Assembly (NCBI RefSeq): GCF_036365525.1
Contig: NC_090413.1
Coordinates: 24,722,601-24,786,600, forward strand
Source of the DNA: Heterodontus francisci
Taxonomy: Eukaryota
DNA length: 64,000 nucleotides
Direction: 5' to 3'
Shown piece by piece: positions 48,612 through 62,098 of the stretch (position 1 is the stretch's first letter; each line of letters begins with the position of its first letter). The notes beneath the pieces were generated by a model. That model worked only from the letters and a program-made list of their open reading frames with translations. It did not search any database and had not been told where the DNA came from. The translations under genes were made by a program, and so were the position numbers.

Positions 48612-50030
48612 TATGGCCTGTAAAAATGGGTGCTGTGGAGCCTACTAAGTCTACAATATGGTGGGTGGGAATCATGCACATACTTCCAGGTGGAAGTGCA
48701 CCACGTGCCATATTTTTAGAGGAGGTTGTGTTGGTGGTAAGAGTGCACATCAATAGCATTCTAAGCTCCGGTGCAATCGATTTAAATGAGGGCCCTGTGA
48801 TTCTGGCAGGATCCGTTTCCCACTTTGGATCGCCCCAGCGCTCCGCCACTCAGCACAACGTGGTGCCAACCAGCAGGAAGGTCCCCTTGCCAGTGCTACT
48901 TAAAGGTATCATGATTAGTTGCTGGTTTAATCTTCCTGGCTACTACTTGACTTATAGGTGGAATTTTGTTGTGTTGTGTGGCTGGAGAGGTCACTGCCTG
49001 CATGGAAAGCTTTGCTACTCTTGCCTCATGAATAGCCTGGCTGCAGACATTTGTGGCCCTATAGAGCTCCCTTTGGGGCTTAGGTACAAGGGAGACAGCA
49101 TAAAAAATACCAGAAGAGGGAGGAGGTAGAAGAGGAGGAGGAGGGCAAGCAGGAGGACATGTCAGAGGGTTTTCAGGGACCATTTCTCCTATATCAGCTT
49201 TACCGAGGTGCACTGTATGAGAGTTCTTTGCTTCACTATGGAGACTGTCAGTGAGCCATGTCAACTGCTTTAGTCACAACTGCAGCTTCAAAGCAGGGCA
49301 AAGACAGCATTGCCTGTAGATGTCAATGGCACCCTCAATTTTTATGTTGTGCACTTCTCTCAGGCTGCAACAGGTGACATCAACAACATCTCACAGGAGA
49401 AGCAGATTTAATGAAGTGTGGTGAACTATTTGGAGGGTGATGCAAGGTAATTGGGCGGGCAATGTTGAGTGCTGTCAGTGTTGCAATTAATGAGTCTGTG
49501 GGAGGTGCAGTTGCGATCAGAAAGCATTTGGCAGCCTTCTTACCTTGACAACTCCAGGTAAATCATTGATTTTTTTTCCTGCTTTGCAGCCGTGCCCTTG
49601 ATGCAATGCTTCTGGCATCCTCAGCGATCGCTTCTGAGTAAATGTCTGGAGGCGTCCTGTCCCCTGGGCATAAAAAGATGTCCCTCTTCTTCTCCAAGGC
49701 CTCCAGTGCAGCATCAGAGAACTTTGATGCCTGCTTGCTCCCTTCTTCAACCATCTCTTCCTTAACTTGTTGCACAGTCTTTTCAGCCAGGAAGCACCTC
49801 CCTTTAAAAGTTGCTGGCAGCCTTTAAATGTGCTACACTCCCGATAGCTCCCGCTTCAGGCGTGCAGCCAATGATTAGTGTGGGTAGCGATGATTGCACG
49901 CACAAATCTTTGTATTAGCAGGCAACACTGATATTGCATACTGCCAACATTGATAAAACTGGCATGGGGAGTCCAAACTCCACTCCACAGCCACCCAGAC
50001 CATCGTTTTCAAACACACTGACTTCTCGGT
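48612..50030. mobile_element. Decayed PIF/Harbinger transposon (transposase remnant on +, Myb/SANT remnant on -)
   Basis: Minus-strand ASKFSDAALEALEKKRDIFLCP resembles a Harbinger Myb/SANT N-terminus; plus-strand RVFRDHFSYISF and LQLQSRAKTALPVDV...LNFY resemble the Harbinger transposase N-terminus. Confidence 0.6.
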
Positions 50031-52082
50031 CAACGTGGCTCAACTAGGATCAGCAGCAATTTCAAAACAGTACACAGCCCTCCTGAATGGCGCCAGCACG
50101 AGTATTCCTATGGATGTTTGGGGGAAATGCCCTCCTGGAAAATGTTTCAAGTTCATATTAAAAATGGTTACTGTTAGATTACTTATTTTCTAAGTGATAG
50201 ATCTTATTATGATTGGAAAGACATTTTTACCATTATGAGATGGATCGCTGCAGTAACAAAAAATAACTTTTTATCACGGGAGGTCACGTTTTACTGCAAA
50301 AACTTATTACATTAGTGCAAGGCTTTATCATTTTTTTTTTACAATAGTCATTCATTACTTTGGAATTCAGTCACTTTTGCACACCATTTCAATAAAGGAT
50401 TCCATGAATATTTTTCCAAAGAAATGATCAATGTTACTGTTCAGTTTGTATATTTGGTGCATTGTAGCCAGACATACATTGATTCATGGTACGCCCAGCA
50501 CACGGAGGAGGCCATTCGGCCCACCGAGTCTTCGATTTCTTTTTGGAACCAATCTTTTGGATGGCGTGACACACTGAGGCACCATCTTCCCTCTCAGATG
50601 GACATAAAACATTCCAGGGCATTATTTTGAAGACAAGTAGGGAGTTCTCCCCAGTGTCCTGGGGGACACCCTCAATCAATAAATTGATTTATCCCTCAAT
50701 CAATATCACTAAAACAGATTATCTGGTAACTATCACGTAGCTTGTGAGAGCTTACTGCGTGCAAATTGGCTGCCGCGTTTTCTGCAATACTAAAGTGCCT
50801 ACACTTCAAAAGTACTTGATTGGCTGTAAAGCGCTTTGGGAATCCCTGAGCTTGTGAAGGGCGCGATATAAATGTAAGTCTTTTTAATGTTTTTGAATTT
50901 TATTTTAGATGCTGAAATTGATTTAAAATGGTGACAAAAGAAGAAAATATGAACTGCATGTTGTGGCTTGAGGAACAGCACCTGATCTTTCAACTGGGTG
51001 CTTTACAGCCCGCTGGACTCAACATTGAGTTCAACAATTTTAGATTGTAACATGTCTCCATTTTGTTTCATTTTTCTTTGGGTTGTTTTATCCCCCCCTT
51101 GTTTCTTTCCAGTTTCCTTTCTTTGGCTTTCGGACAGTAACCATTCAGGATCCTGCCATTTACACCTCCTCTAGACACGTATTTCTTTACTTGTCCCATT
51201 ACCACTCCTTTTGGCTTTGCAACATGAAAAGCTTTTGTTTTTTAATCTCTCCTGCTCTCCACCCTATCACAGACCTTCCCTTTTGTTCTTCTTCCCCAGA
51301 AAGAGGAGAACTGTAGCAGTAGGAAGAGTTGACATACACAGGCTGTATTTTAGATCTACCCCATTATTAGCCGAAGGGTAAATCTAATGTTTCAACTGAT
51401 CCTATTCCCTTTTCCTTTATGCAAAGAATCCTCATAATTGTACCTGAAAATGATGACTCTTTAACATTTAAGGGAAGTATTCCCACAGTGTTTATGTAGA
51501 AAGTCCCTGATCATAGGCTGCAAAGTCATGTTATCCTGTTCAGTACTAGATAAATATGCCCTGTTAGATATTTTTGATGTAATTTTTTTTTTTATCAGAC
51601 AGGATAAAGTCTACAATTTAATTCAGTGTTGACATATGTTGAAATAACGGATTGCTGTTTACAAGACTGAGGACATTTGGTAATACTGAACATTTCCGAA
51701 GCAGCCTTTAATCAGAAAGCTCATTCACTTTGTCATTCTGTTTCTTTCCCAACAAACCTCCTTCATTTTATTGGTAACAACAGATCCTGCTTTTGTAGCA
51801 GCTGTACCTCACCTACTTTAGTTAATCGATTTACTATTACTAAATTAGACACCATTCTAGTAGAGTTATGTAGTGTCGAAACAGATGGGGTGACCCTGGA
51901 GTCTTCTGAATAGAGTCTTTTGAAATGTTTGTGCATATATAAGCTATCATTTGATACAATCATTTGTTTCAGCAAAATATAGTGTTTTTGTGCTAGTAAT
52001 TTGATACTTTAATGGTTTCTGGTGATGGTGTGTCTGGTTCAAAGCTCTGATACCCGTTTGATTTCAAATTAGTCAAATTTTC

Positions 52083-52425
52083 ATAGAGAGATACAGCACT
52101 TAAACAGGCCCTTCGGCCCACCGAGTCTGTGCCGACCATAAACCACCCATTTATACTAATCCTACATTAATTCCATATTCCCTACCACATCCCCATCTTC
52201 CCTCAATTCTCCTATCACCTACCTACACTAGGGGCAATTTACAATGGCCAATTTACCTATCAACCTGCAAGTCTTTGGCTGTGGGAGGAAACCGGAGCAC
52301 CCGGCGGAAACCCACGCGGTCACAGGGAGAACTTGCAAACTCCGCACAAACAGTACCCAGAACCGAACCCGGGTCGCTGGAGCTGTGAGGCTGCGGTGCT
52401 CGCCACTGTGCCACCCACTGCGCCA
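52083..52425 (-). mobile_element. HE1-like V-SINE
   Basis: Full-length reverse-complement copy of the same SINE family. Confidence 0.88.
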
Positions 52426-52454
52426 CTATCTCCATTTCAGCCATCCTGTTGGAA

Positions 52455-54100
52455 TTGTATTTTGCAATCAGGAGGTGGAAGGAAGAGAGGAACTTGGTGA
52501 AATTACAATCACCAGGGAAACTGTACTGAGCAAACTGATGGAACTGCGGACTGACACGTCCCCAGATCCTGATGAGTTTAATCCTAGGGTCTTAAAAGAG
52601 GTGGCTGATGAGGTAGAAGAAGCGTTGGTGTTAATTTTTCAAAATTCACTGGATTCTGGAAAGGTTCCATCAGACTGGAAAGTAGCAAATATAACCCCTC
52701 TCTTCAAGAAGGGGGGGAGACAGAAAACAGGTAACTATAGGCCAGTTAGCTTGACATCTGTCGTGGGGAAGGTGTTAGAATTGTTCATTAAGGAGGCAAT
52801 AGCTGGGAACTTAGAAAAACTCAAGGTAATCGGGAATAGTCAGCATGGTTTTGTGAAAGGGAAATCATGTTTAACCTTTTTATTGGAGATCTATGAAGGA
52901 GTGACATGTGCTGTGGATAAAGGGGAGCCCGTTGACATACTGTACTTGGATTTCCAGAAAGCATTTGACAAGGTGCCATATAAAAGGTTATTGTGCAAAG
53001 TAGGAGCTCATGGTTTGGGGGGGTGGGGGGGTAACATATTAGCATGGATAGAAGATTGGCTGGTTGGCAGAAAACAGAGTATGCATAAATGGGCCCTTTT
53101 CTGATTGGCAGGATGTGACGAGTGGAGTCCCGCAGGGGCCTCAACTTTTTACAATTTATATCAATGACTTAGATGAGGGGAACGATGGCTTGGTAGCTAA
53201 ATTTGCAGATGACACAGTGATAGGCAGGAAGGTATTTTGTGAAGAGGACATAAGCAGATTGCAGACTGGGCAAAAATCTGGCAGATGAAGTATTATGTGG
53301 GAAAATTTGAAATTGTTCACTTTGGCAGGAAGAATAAAAAAGCAGAGTATTACTTAAATGGCAAATGACTGCTGAATTCTGAGGTGCTGAGGGATCTAGT
53401 TGTTCCAGTGCTTGAGTCATAAAAGGTTAATATGCAGGTACAGCAAGTAATAAAGAAGGCTCATGGAATGCTATTCTTTATCACGAGAGGAATTGAAAAT
53501 AAAATAAGGATGTGATGCTTCAGTTATACAGGGCATTAGTGAGACCACACCTTAAATACTGTGTGCAGTTTTGGTCTCCTTATCTAAGGAAGGATGTCAA
53601 GGCGTTGGAGGCGGTTCAAAGGAGGTTTACTAGATTGATGCCTGGATGAGCGGGTTGTCTTATGAGGAAAGGTTGGACAGACTGGGCTTGTTTTCACTGG
53701 AGTTTAGAAGAGTAAGGGGAGAATTGATTGAAGTTTATAAGATCCTGAATGGTCTTGACAAGGTGGATGTGGAAAGGATGTTTCCTCTTGTGGGGGAGTC
53801 CAGAACTAGCGGGCACTGTTTTAAAATTAGGGGTCACCCTTTTAGGATACAGATGAGGAGAATTTTTTTTCGCTGAGTTGTGCAACTTTGGAACTCTCTG
53901 CCTCAGCAGGTGGAAGAGGCAAGGTCATTGACTATTCTTAAGGCGGAGGTAGATAGATTCTTGTTAGGCAAGGGAATCGGGGGTAGATGGGAGAGTGGAA
54001 TTCAAGACACAAGCAGATCAACCATGATCTTATTGAATGGCGGAGCAAACTCGAGGGGCTAAAGGCCTACTTCTGCTCCTAATTTGTATGTTCGTATGTA
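52455..54100 (+). mobile_element. CR1 LINE, 5'-truncated (RT and 3' end)
   Basis: GNYRPVSLTSVVGKVLE, SQHGFVKGKSCLT, YLDFQKAFDKVP, KFADDT, LSYEERL. Confidence 0.92.
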
Positions 54101-55326
54101 ATCTGTTAGATGTTAGGTTAAAGCCTCAATTTGCATATCTGAGTGTCAAAACTGTTAACATCTTGATTGACCATTGTGATCTGACCTTGAGAGAACAAAA
54201 AAGGTCCATAATGTACAGAATCTCATGGTCTTGTTCTGTGTACTTTTTTCAAGAATAGAACTGAAATTCAACTCTAAGGTTGCATTTTCAAGAATTTGCT
54301 GAGGAAAAAATAGATTTCAGGCTCTTGAGTGCCAATTTTCATCCCGTCGTTTACGTCTAGTTGGAGGAATCTTGATTTGGGCAGTGTCTGTATCCACGTT
54401 GAATTCAGCTTGAGTTCTCCCAATCTTCTGCCATGGCATTGGTTGGGGATTGATGGAACCCCAAGAGAAATGCTGGGAGATTGGGTGAACAATGTTGAAA
54501 ATTCAAGGCCCTTTGTGAATTGTATATTAATTGTGTTTAATTGTGTGTAAATGGCAGGCATCAACTGGAGATTCACTGATATTCCTATGAATATGAACAG
54601 AATGAAACTGTGGTTGTTGGGTTAGGAGGTGCATGCTTGCAATGTTTAGCTCTGTAAATAAATGCTTGTAAAAAGTATGTAAAAATTGGCTCCAGTTCTG
54701 TCCTTCACCGCCTGGCTTTCTGGAATATCACCTCTGTCTTTTCAATTTTGTCCATATCTCTTTTTTTTCTAAAGGCACTAAATTCATACCTTCAGCAATT
54801 TCTTGGCATCTCAAAATGGTGGCCATTAGTAATGTTCAAGGCTTGGTGGTGACCATCTGTAAGCTGTTTGATTGGAGTGTGACAAGGTGAGTCAAACCCT
54901 TATCTAGGTATGTGCTTCAGGAAAGGGATCACTGGTCAGCATTCAAAACTGTCTTTTTTTTATATCTCTCTTCCATCCATTAGAGATCGTAGCATCCAGT
55001 TGTACTTTGCTGATGATATCAGCATTGATTGGAGGAACCATTCCGACCTAGCTCAGCCGTTCTTTGGATAAGCTTACTGAGGCATGGCTAGAAGTTTTAA
55101 GAGCAGTACAGTGGTCTGCCTGTGCTTCTTTTACACTTGAGTTTGAAATGTTGGCATTGCACATAAAGCGTTTTCTTTCCTGGAGGCACCTCCCACCTGA
55201 TGCAAAATGTGAATTTGAACTGGTTTGACTGCAGTTAATCTTGTGACTATTGCATCACTGTAACGCTGCAATCACATTGCATTGACCCAAAATGCACAGT
55301 ATAACAGCCATAAGAGTGTACTTCAC

Positions 55327-56857
55327 AAAATGGGCCCTGACAAAATTCTGGCAATAGTACTGAAGACCTGTGCTCCAGAACTTGCTGCGCCCCTCGTCAA
55401 GCTGTTCCAGTACAGCTACAACACTGGCATCTACCCGGCAATGTGGAAAATTGCCCAGATATGTCCTGTATACAAAAAGCAGGACAAATCCAACCCAGCC
55501 AGTTACCACCCCATCAGTCTACTCTCAATCATCAATAAAGTGATGGAAGGTGACATCGACAGTACCATCAAGTGGCACTTGCTTTGCAATAATCTGCTCA
55601 GTGACGCTCAGTTTGGGTTCCACCAGGGCCACTCAGCTCCTGACCTCATTACAGCCTTGGTTCAAACATGGACAGAAGAGCAGAACTCAAGGGATGAAGT
55701 GAGTGTGTTTGCCCTTGACATCAAGGCAGCATTTGACCGAGTACGGCATCAAGGAGCCCTAGCAAAACTGGAGTCAATGGGAATTGGGGAAAACTCTCCG
55801 CTGGTTGGAGTCATACCGAGCGCAAAAGAAGATGGTTGTGGTTGTTGGAGGTCAATCTTCTCAGCTCCAGGACATCACTGCAGGAGTTCCTCAGGGTAGT
55901 GTCCGACGCCCACAAACATTTTCAGCTGCTTCATCAATGACCCTCCTTCAATCATAAGGTCCGAAGTGGGGATGTTCGCTGATGATTGCACAATGTTCAG
56001 CACCATTTGTGACTCCTCACGTACTGAAGCAATCTGTGTAGAAATTCAGCAAGACCTGGACAATATCCAGGCTTGGGCTGATAAGTGGCAAGTAACATTC
56101 ATGCCACACAAGTGCCAGGCAATTACTATCTCCAACAAGAGCGAATCTAGCCATCTCCCCTTGACATTCAATAGTATTATGATCGCTGAATCCCCACTAT
56201 CAACATCCCGGGGGTTACCATTGACCAGAAACTGAACTGGAGTAGCGACAAGAGCACGTCAGAGGCTGGGAATGCCGCAGTGAGTAACTCACCTCCTGAC
56301 TCCCCAAAGCCTGTCCACCTTCTACAAGGCACAGGTCAGGAGTGTGATGGAATACTCTCCACTTGCCTGGATGGGTGCAGCTCCAACAACACTCAAGCAG
56401 CTCGACATCATCCAAGGCAAAGCAACTCATTTGATTGGCACCCCATCCACAAACATTCACTCCCTCCACCACCTATGCACAGTGGCAGCAGTGCGTACCA
56501 TCTACAAGATGCACTGCAGCAATGCACCAAGGCTCCTTAGACAGCACCTTCCAAACCTGCAGCCTCTACCAACTAGAAGGACAAGGGCAACAAATGCATG
56601 GGAACACTGCCACCTGAAAGTTACCCTCCAAGCCAGACACCATCCTGACTTGGAACTATTTCGTCGTTCCTTCACTATCACTGGGTCAAAATCCTGGAAC
56701 TCCCTTCCTAACAGCACTGTTGGTATACCCACCTCTCATGGACTTCAGCGGTTCAAGAAGGCAGCTCACCACCACCTTCTCAAGGGCAATTAGGGATGGG
56801 CAATAAATGCTGTCCTAGCCAGCGACGCCCACATCCCATGAACGAGTTTAAAAAAAA
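55327..56857 (+). mobile_element. Second LINE family (CR1/L2 group), 5'-truncated RT and 3' end, ending just upstream of the C3 promoter
   Basis: GPDKILAIVLKTCAPELAAPL, YHPISLLSII, QFGFHQGHS, LDIKAAFDRV, MFADDCT, VMEYSPLAW; A-rich tail at about 56850. Confidence 0.9.
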
Positions 56858-56879
56858 CTTTGAGAACAGTATTTTGTAA

Positions 56880-57120
56880 AGTATGTTTGTATTTCTTATC
56901 TTAAGTTGCCAAGGACAAACTCTAAATCAAAGGCAAAAGGCCATCAAATGCCTGGAACTGACTGTTGTTCCCAGATTTACACTGGACCGTTAGGTTTAAA
57001 TTAACTCTTAATTAAACAAAAATGGAGAGTGAATATTTGTATTTTTTAAGAGCAAACAGCAGTATAAATATCTCAATCGTTAATGATTAATAGATCTGTG
57101 CTAGATTTTTATATAAATTG
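56880..57120 (+). promoter_or_regulatory. C3 proximal promoter with liver-type motifs
   Basis: HNF1-type GTTAATGATTAAT at 57079-57091; TATA box TATATAAA at 57110-57117, about 50 nt before the ATG; DR1/HNF4-like AGGCAAAAGGCCA at 56931-56943; forkhead-like TAAACA/GCAAACA. Confidence 0.6.
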
Positions 57121-57166
57121 TTAAAATTATTTAGAAAAGACTGTCCCTGTGAAGCAGTCTGCCATC

Positions 57167-57234
57167 ATGAGGAGGACCTCTCTGTTACTTGTGCTGCTGG
57201 TGTTTTGTCCTGTACTATCCCAGTGTATTCCACT
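57167..57234 (+). CDS. C3: Complement C3 exon 1 (signal peptide)
   Basis: gccatcATGA start; MRRTSLLLVLLVFCPVLSQCIP(L), a basic N-terminus plus hydrophobic core; CT|gtacgt donor in phase with exon 2. Confidence 0.85.
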
Positions 57235-57439
57235 GTACGTATTAGAGAATGTTTCTGTTTTCTATTTAAATACATACTGTTTTCTAGACCATCGAACGTT
57301 TTATATTAGACAGCTTCCTGAGGTCATCCTGCAAATGAATTGGGATGTTTCCTTGTTTTTTATGTACCACTCTTTTTATTAACTTTCTAGTTCATTTTAA
57401 AGGATTCTACTGTTTTTTGATATCTTTTAGGGTACTATT

Positions 57440-57890
57440 GTGTTTTGGTCAAAAGAAGGATAAGGGCTTAGAGAGGGTGTACGGGAGATTTACTGGAATG
57501 GTATCAGGGATTAAAGACTTCAGTTGTGTGGAAAGACCAGAGAAGTGGGGTTATTCTCCATAAAACAATGAAGATTAAGAGGAGATTTGATAGAGGTATT
57601 CAATGTCATTAAGGGTTTTGATAGAGTTGCAGAAGGTAGAGAACACAAATTTACGGTAATTGTCAAACAAGCCAGAGGCAAGATGAGGAATTATCTTTTA
57701 CACAGTGAGTTGTTGTGATCTGGAATGCAGTAGAAGCAGATTCAATAGTAACTTTCAAGGGGAATTGAATAAATCCTTGAAGGGAAAAGAGCAGGGACTA
57801 ATTGGATAGCTCTTTCATAGAGTGGCACAGGTATGATGGGCCGAATGGCTGCCTCCTGTGCTTTATCATTCTATGATTCTATTCTATGAT
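57440..57890 (+). mobile_element. CR1 LINE 3' fragment in C3 intron 1
   Basis: LERVYGRFTGMVSG..FSCVER peptide and attctatg tail. Confidence 0.75.
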
Positions 57891-59450
57891 TTTTGTCACC
57901 AGACACTAACAAGACCCACTTCCCTGCTGACGGTCATTGTGTATGCTGAACATAGGGAATTCACCTCAGCCAGATGACACCCATGGAAAAGTAGATATCT
58001 GTAATAACTTCTGTAATGGCCGACTGCTCACAGAAAGACACAAGAACTTATGGCTTGGCTATAGTAAACTATGGTCAACATTAAAATTAATTATTTTGTC
58101 TAAAGTTTATTGAACTGGCCCTTTCTTGTTTAAGGTCTGATTGAGGTCAGTCTCCGTCACACATTTGGGTAAGAGCTGTTATTTTGTGCTGAACTTTGAG
58201 ATAACTCGTTTCTTGACATTGCTGTTGAGGCCAAGACTCTCCTTCATGATACTGCCTGAAGTCTGGAGGGATTGTGGCAGAGGATAGAAAATTGCAGCCT
58301 CACCGCCTCAGTGGGGATTTACCTCCCCCACCACTCCTTTTGCGACCACTGTTAACTTCCCCTTCCCTGCCTATTACTTGCAATTGGGGTGGTGGCATGG
58401 GGTTGGATTCCTTGGAAGAATTCAATTCATTGTACCCCAGTTACCAGCACGTCCTGGGGCCACTGTAGAGAAGGTAGCAGCAAGCCCTAGGAAGCTCCAA
58501 TAATGACCCTGGGGTTCTCCGAGTGAGGAAGAGGGATTTGTAGCGGCCTCCTATCCTTCCATGCAGGCCTCCACCTTCTTACACAAGCCTCAGTCTCTGC
58601 TAAAGTCTACCAGAATGCTGATGTTCTGAATTTGGGTACTTTTGCCCCTTTAACTATGTCGTAGAGCCTGTCCCACTGGGATTTTGTGGCCGTGTAATGG
58701 CAGGCTACTTCTTAGCAGCGAGGATCCTGCTGGGTCCTAGTTGTGCGTACAGGATGAATCTCAATCCAGTTTCCTGGATTCTGGTGGCAATGGAAGGGCA
58801 GAATTCAGACCCACTGAGACACCGCTGCTCGGAGGACAATCCTAGCCTGAATGTTTACCAGCATTCCAATTTGGTCTGGAGGAAAAGCAGCAAACACAGA
58901 GCAAGTTGTTTCTTATCGTTTTCCTGCACCGCAGATGGTGCCTCTCATCCATCCTGGAGTGGGACATGTGGTCAGGATTGCTTCTGGATCCAAGCATAAA
59001 TTGGGTCAATTGAAATTTTCAGAACTGAGATTTATCGATTCTTGTTGGGTAAGAGTATCAAGGAGTATGAAAAACAGGTGGATAAACGGAGTTGAGGTCA
59101 AGGTCTGCCATAGTCTAATGGCAGAACAGATTTAAGGGGTTGAATCAGGGCCTGCTCCTGTTCCGATGTCCTCTATGGTCCCAATGCCTGTTTAGCCTGA
59201 GATGGCCTTAATCAGTTGTCGTAGCTCCTATCAGCGTTCCCCTTTTGCACATTTATTTAATCTAACTAATGGAGGCAATGATGATTTCTTCTCCATAATG
59301 GTTGGAGGAACAATAGCTTTGAGTTTGGGGAACTTAACTGTAGCTCATCTGTCCACTAAACTGATCCCAGAATTCGCAGGGTACGTTGTTACTAGGGCAT
59401 GTTAATCACTGTTATCAACAAAGTGTTAATTTGTTCACTTATTCTGACAG

Positions 59451-59643
59451 ATACGTATTGACTGCTCCAAACCTTTTGCGAGTTGAAAGCGAAGAAAATG
59501 CAGTTGTGGAAGCCCACAATATCAACACAGATTTAGATGTTGAAGTTCGTCTACAATTTTTCCCTAAAAATAATGAGATAATATTTAGAAAGAAAGCAGT
59601 TTTATCAGCAGGAAATAGTCATCAAGTTTCCGTGCCTATTCAG
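59451..59643 (+). CDS. C3: Complement C3 exon 2 (MG1)
   Basis: YVLTAPNLLRVESEENAVVEAHNINTDLDVEVRLQFFPKNN...VPIQ, compare human C3 [22 protein letters not shown]; ctgacag acceptor, gtaagt donor; 193 nt. Confidence 0.9.
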
Positions 59644-59742
59644 GTAAGTGGACTGAAAAATTAAGCACTTAAAGCAGCTAGCTCAATTATGTAGCAGCTC
59701 TCCAAAGTAGCAGTCTTTATTCAGAATTACCTAGCAAATGCT

Positions 59743-60509
59743 GGCCAGGATTTTTCTGCTGAAATAATGGTGAGTGTAATGGTGCTCGCTGTTGTGAATA
59801 AGAAAATTGTCCAGTAACGTATGGTGAGGGACAGACACTGTCTTGAATTGTGAATCTCCACAAATTTCTGGAGGATTTGCATTGCTCTGCTGTTGGCTTT
59901 GCAAAAAAAAACAGCAGCTTGTTCTCAATCTCCTCATGAGTTTTATGAAAGTGCTCCATTTGCACTGTAGTTGCCAGTTTAACTTGCTGCAGAAAGTCAG
60001 GTCTGGAACTTAAAAAAACATATGCACCTTTTGCATGATGAGATTTGTGTTCCTGCATTGCTGCTCAACCACTCCCCGCCCATAAAGGGAACAGTTTAAA
60101 CCAGGAGGTCTCATTCCTGCAGGTATTACGTCGTTGTTAGAGATTGTTAAAATTAAAAATTTTATATCTTAACATTATTCCTTCCTGTCTCTTTTTCTCA
60201 CTCTCTTAATCCAATCCTTCTTTTCCTCTTTTTATTTCTCTTTCTATACCTGATTTGACTCTAATTTGCCCTATTTCCTCCTTCATCATTTCTGTTTCTT
60301 TCTCGAGCCTTAAATCTCACTGGTGAAGGAGATAGACTGTTGGTCCCAACGTTCACCAAGGTCCCAGATACCCTGTTGCCCTCATTGCACCGTTATCAGC
60401 TCACACTTCCAGAACTTACAGGGCAAAAATTTTCGAGCTGAAGGGTGAGGGATAAAATCTAAGTTATGGGGCATGCCTCGAGATGCCCCACTCCAGAACA
60501 ATCTGGGCC
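59743..60509. mobile_element. Harbinger-type MITE in C3 intron 2
   Basis: TIR-like ends ggccaggatttttctg / cagaacaatctgggcc. Confidence 0.45.
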
Positions 60510-62098
60510 ATTCAGTTTACAGACTAAGGTTAGATTGAAACACAACATAGCATTGCAAAGCCATTGCAGCTCTTCTTTCTGGCAAGCAACCAAGACTGTT
60601 CTTGACCCAATGCATTAAATTTTCCTGGTTATCAAAACCTGTGATGGAATATTGAATCTTTTCAATACTTATCCAGGAAAAGCATTGTTCTTACTTGAGT
60701 TATGGCATAGATCAGATACCCTGTCCTTTGAGATCATATCAACTCACTGCCTATAAAAAATGCTTTTGCCAGCTACCTTATCATTTTTGTGATGTTGTTT
60801 GAGGAACAAATATCAGCCAGGACCACCAGAGAGAACTTCCCTGCTCTTCTTTGAAATAGTGACCATGAGATCTTTTACGTTCACCTTCAAAAGTAGATGG
60901 GATCTCAGTTTAACATCTCATCTGAAAGAAAGCACCTCCAGCAATGTAAGACTCCCCTCAACACAGCAACAGATGTGATGTAATCACATCTCTGGCATGG
61001 GTCTTACCCACAACCTTCAGGCTCAGAGGCTAGAGTGTTACCCACTGAGCCACAGCTGGCACACAAAAGCAATGGGATTGTCATAGAAATACTAATGTCC
61101 TCAGGAACGGAACCTGATTCCCTTATCTGGTCTGTCCCAAAGGTAAATCTCTCTCAAGTTACACAGTTAACTCTTAATGCTCTCTGAAGTGGCCTAGCAC
61201 GTCTACCAGTTGTAAAACTACTAGGGCAACTAGAAATGGAAAATAGATACGGCCTTGATAGTGTTGGACACATCCCAGGAATAAACATTTTAAGAAACAT
61301 TGTACAGTCAGGTATGGGCTATTTGCTAATGATTCTGGAGTGTTCAGCTCCATTCATAACTCTTTTGATGATGAAGTGGTCTATTCCAGTCTAAAGAAAG
61401 CTTTGGACAACAGTGACATAACTATAGGTAATGACCATCTCCAGCAAAAGAAGTAGGACAGCGATCTCCCTTCACCTTCAATGGCATCATCATGGGCGTC
61501 ACCACTGACCAGACCTTAACTGGACTGACTATATTATACTGAGAGCGGGACAGAGTATGAGTGCTCTGCAATCAGAGGCTCAACACCTAACCAGTCAAAG
61601 CTTCTCTACCATCTGCAAGGCTCAAGTCAGGAATGTGACTGCATGCTCAACACTGACCTGATTGGTTGCAGTTGCAGCACTGAACACCATCCAGGTTAAA
61701 GCATTCTGCTTGATTCACTCCCCTACCACCTTGGATTGTGGTAGTAGTATGTCCTGTCCACACCACAGCAACTCACCAAGCTTATTTTGACATTGCCTTC
61801 CTCCATCACAAATCCCACTTCCAACAAAGAAGGACAGAAGCCGCAATATCATGGGAACATGATCTGGAAACACCACACAGGGAATGAACCCTGCACTAGA
61901 GCGGGAGACCCTGAATCTGAAATTGGGCCTCATTACAATCAAAACCATCAGCTTACCTGTGAAAACCTATGGAATTTTTAAAGCCAACAGGTGGATCTTA
62001 AAGGGGGTGGTGGGGATAATGCAACCAGTCATATAATAACTACACTTATTTTGATATATATATATATATATTTTTTTTTCTATATGTTTCCTTTCTAG

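Noticed and set aside
48599-49129. 176-aa ORF as a novel protein
   Set aside because: It lies within the decayed Harbinger element and has no recognisable domain or splice context.
52244-53104. 286-aa ORF as a host gene or active reverse transcriptase
   Set aside because: Chance fusion of an antisense SINE to a truncated CR1 RT; frameshifted before the FADD motif.
54105-54730. Additional solo LTR
   Set aside because: It has a late AATAAA and a ...TATCA end, but I could not identify a convincing 5' boundary or TSD.
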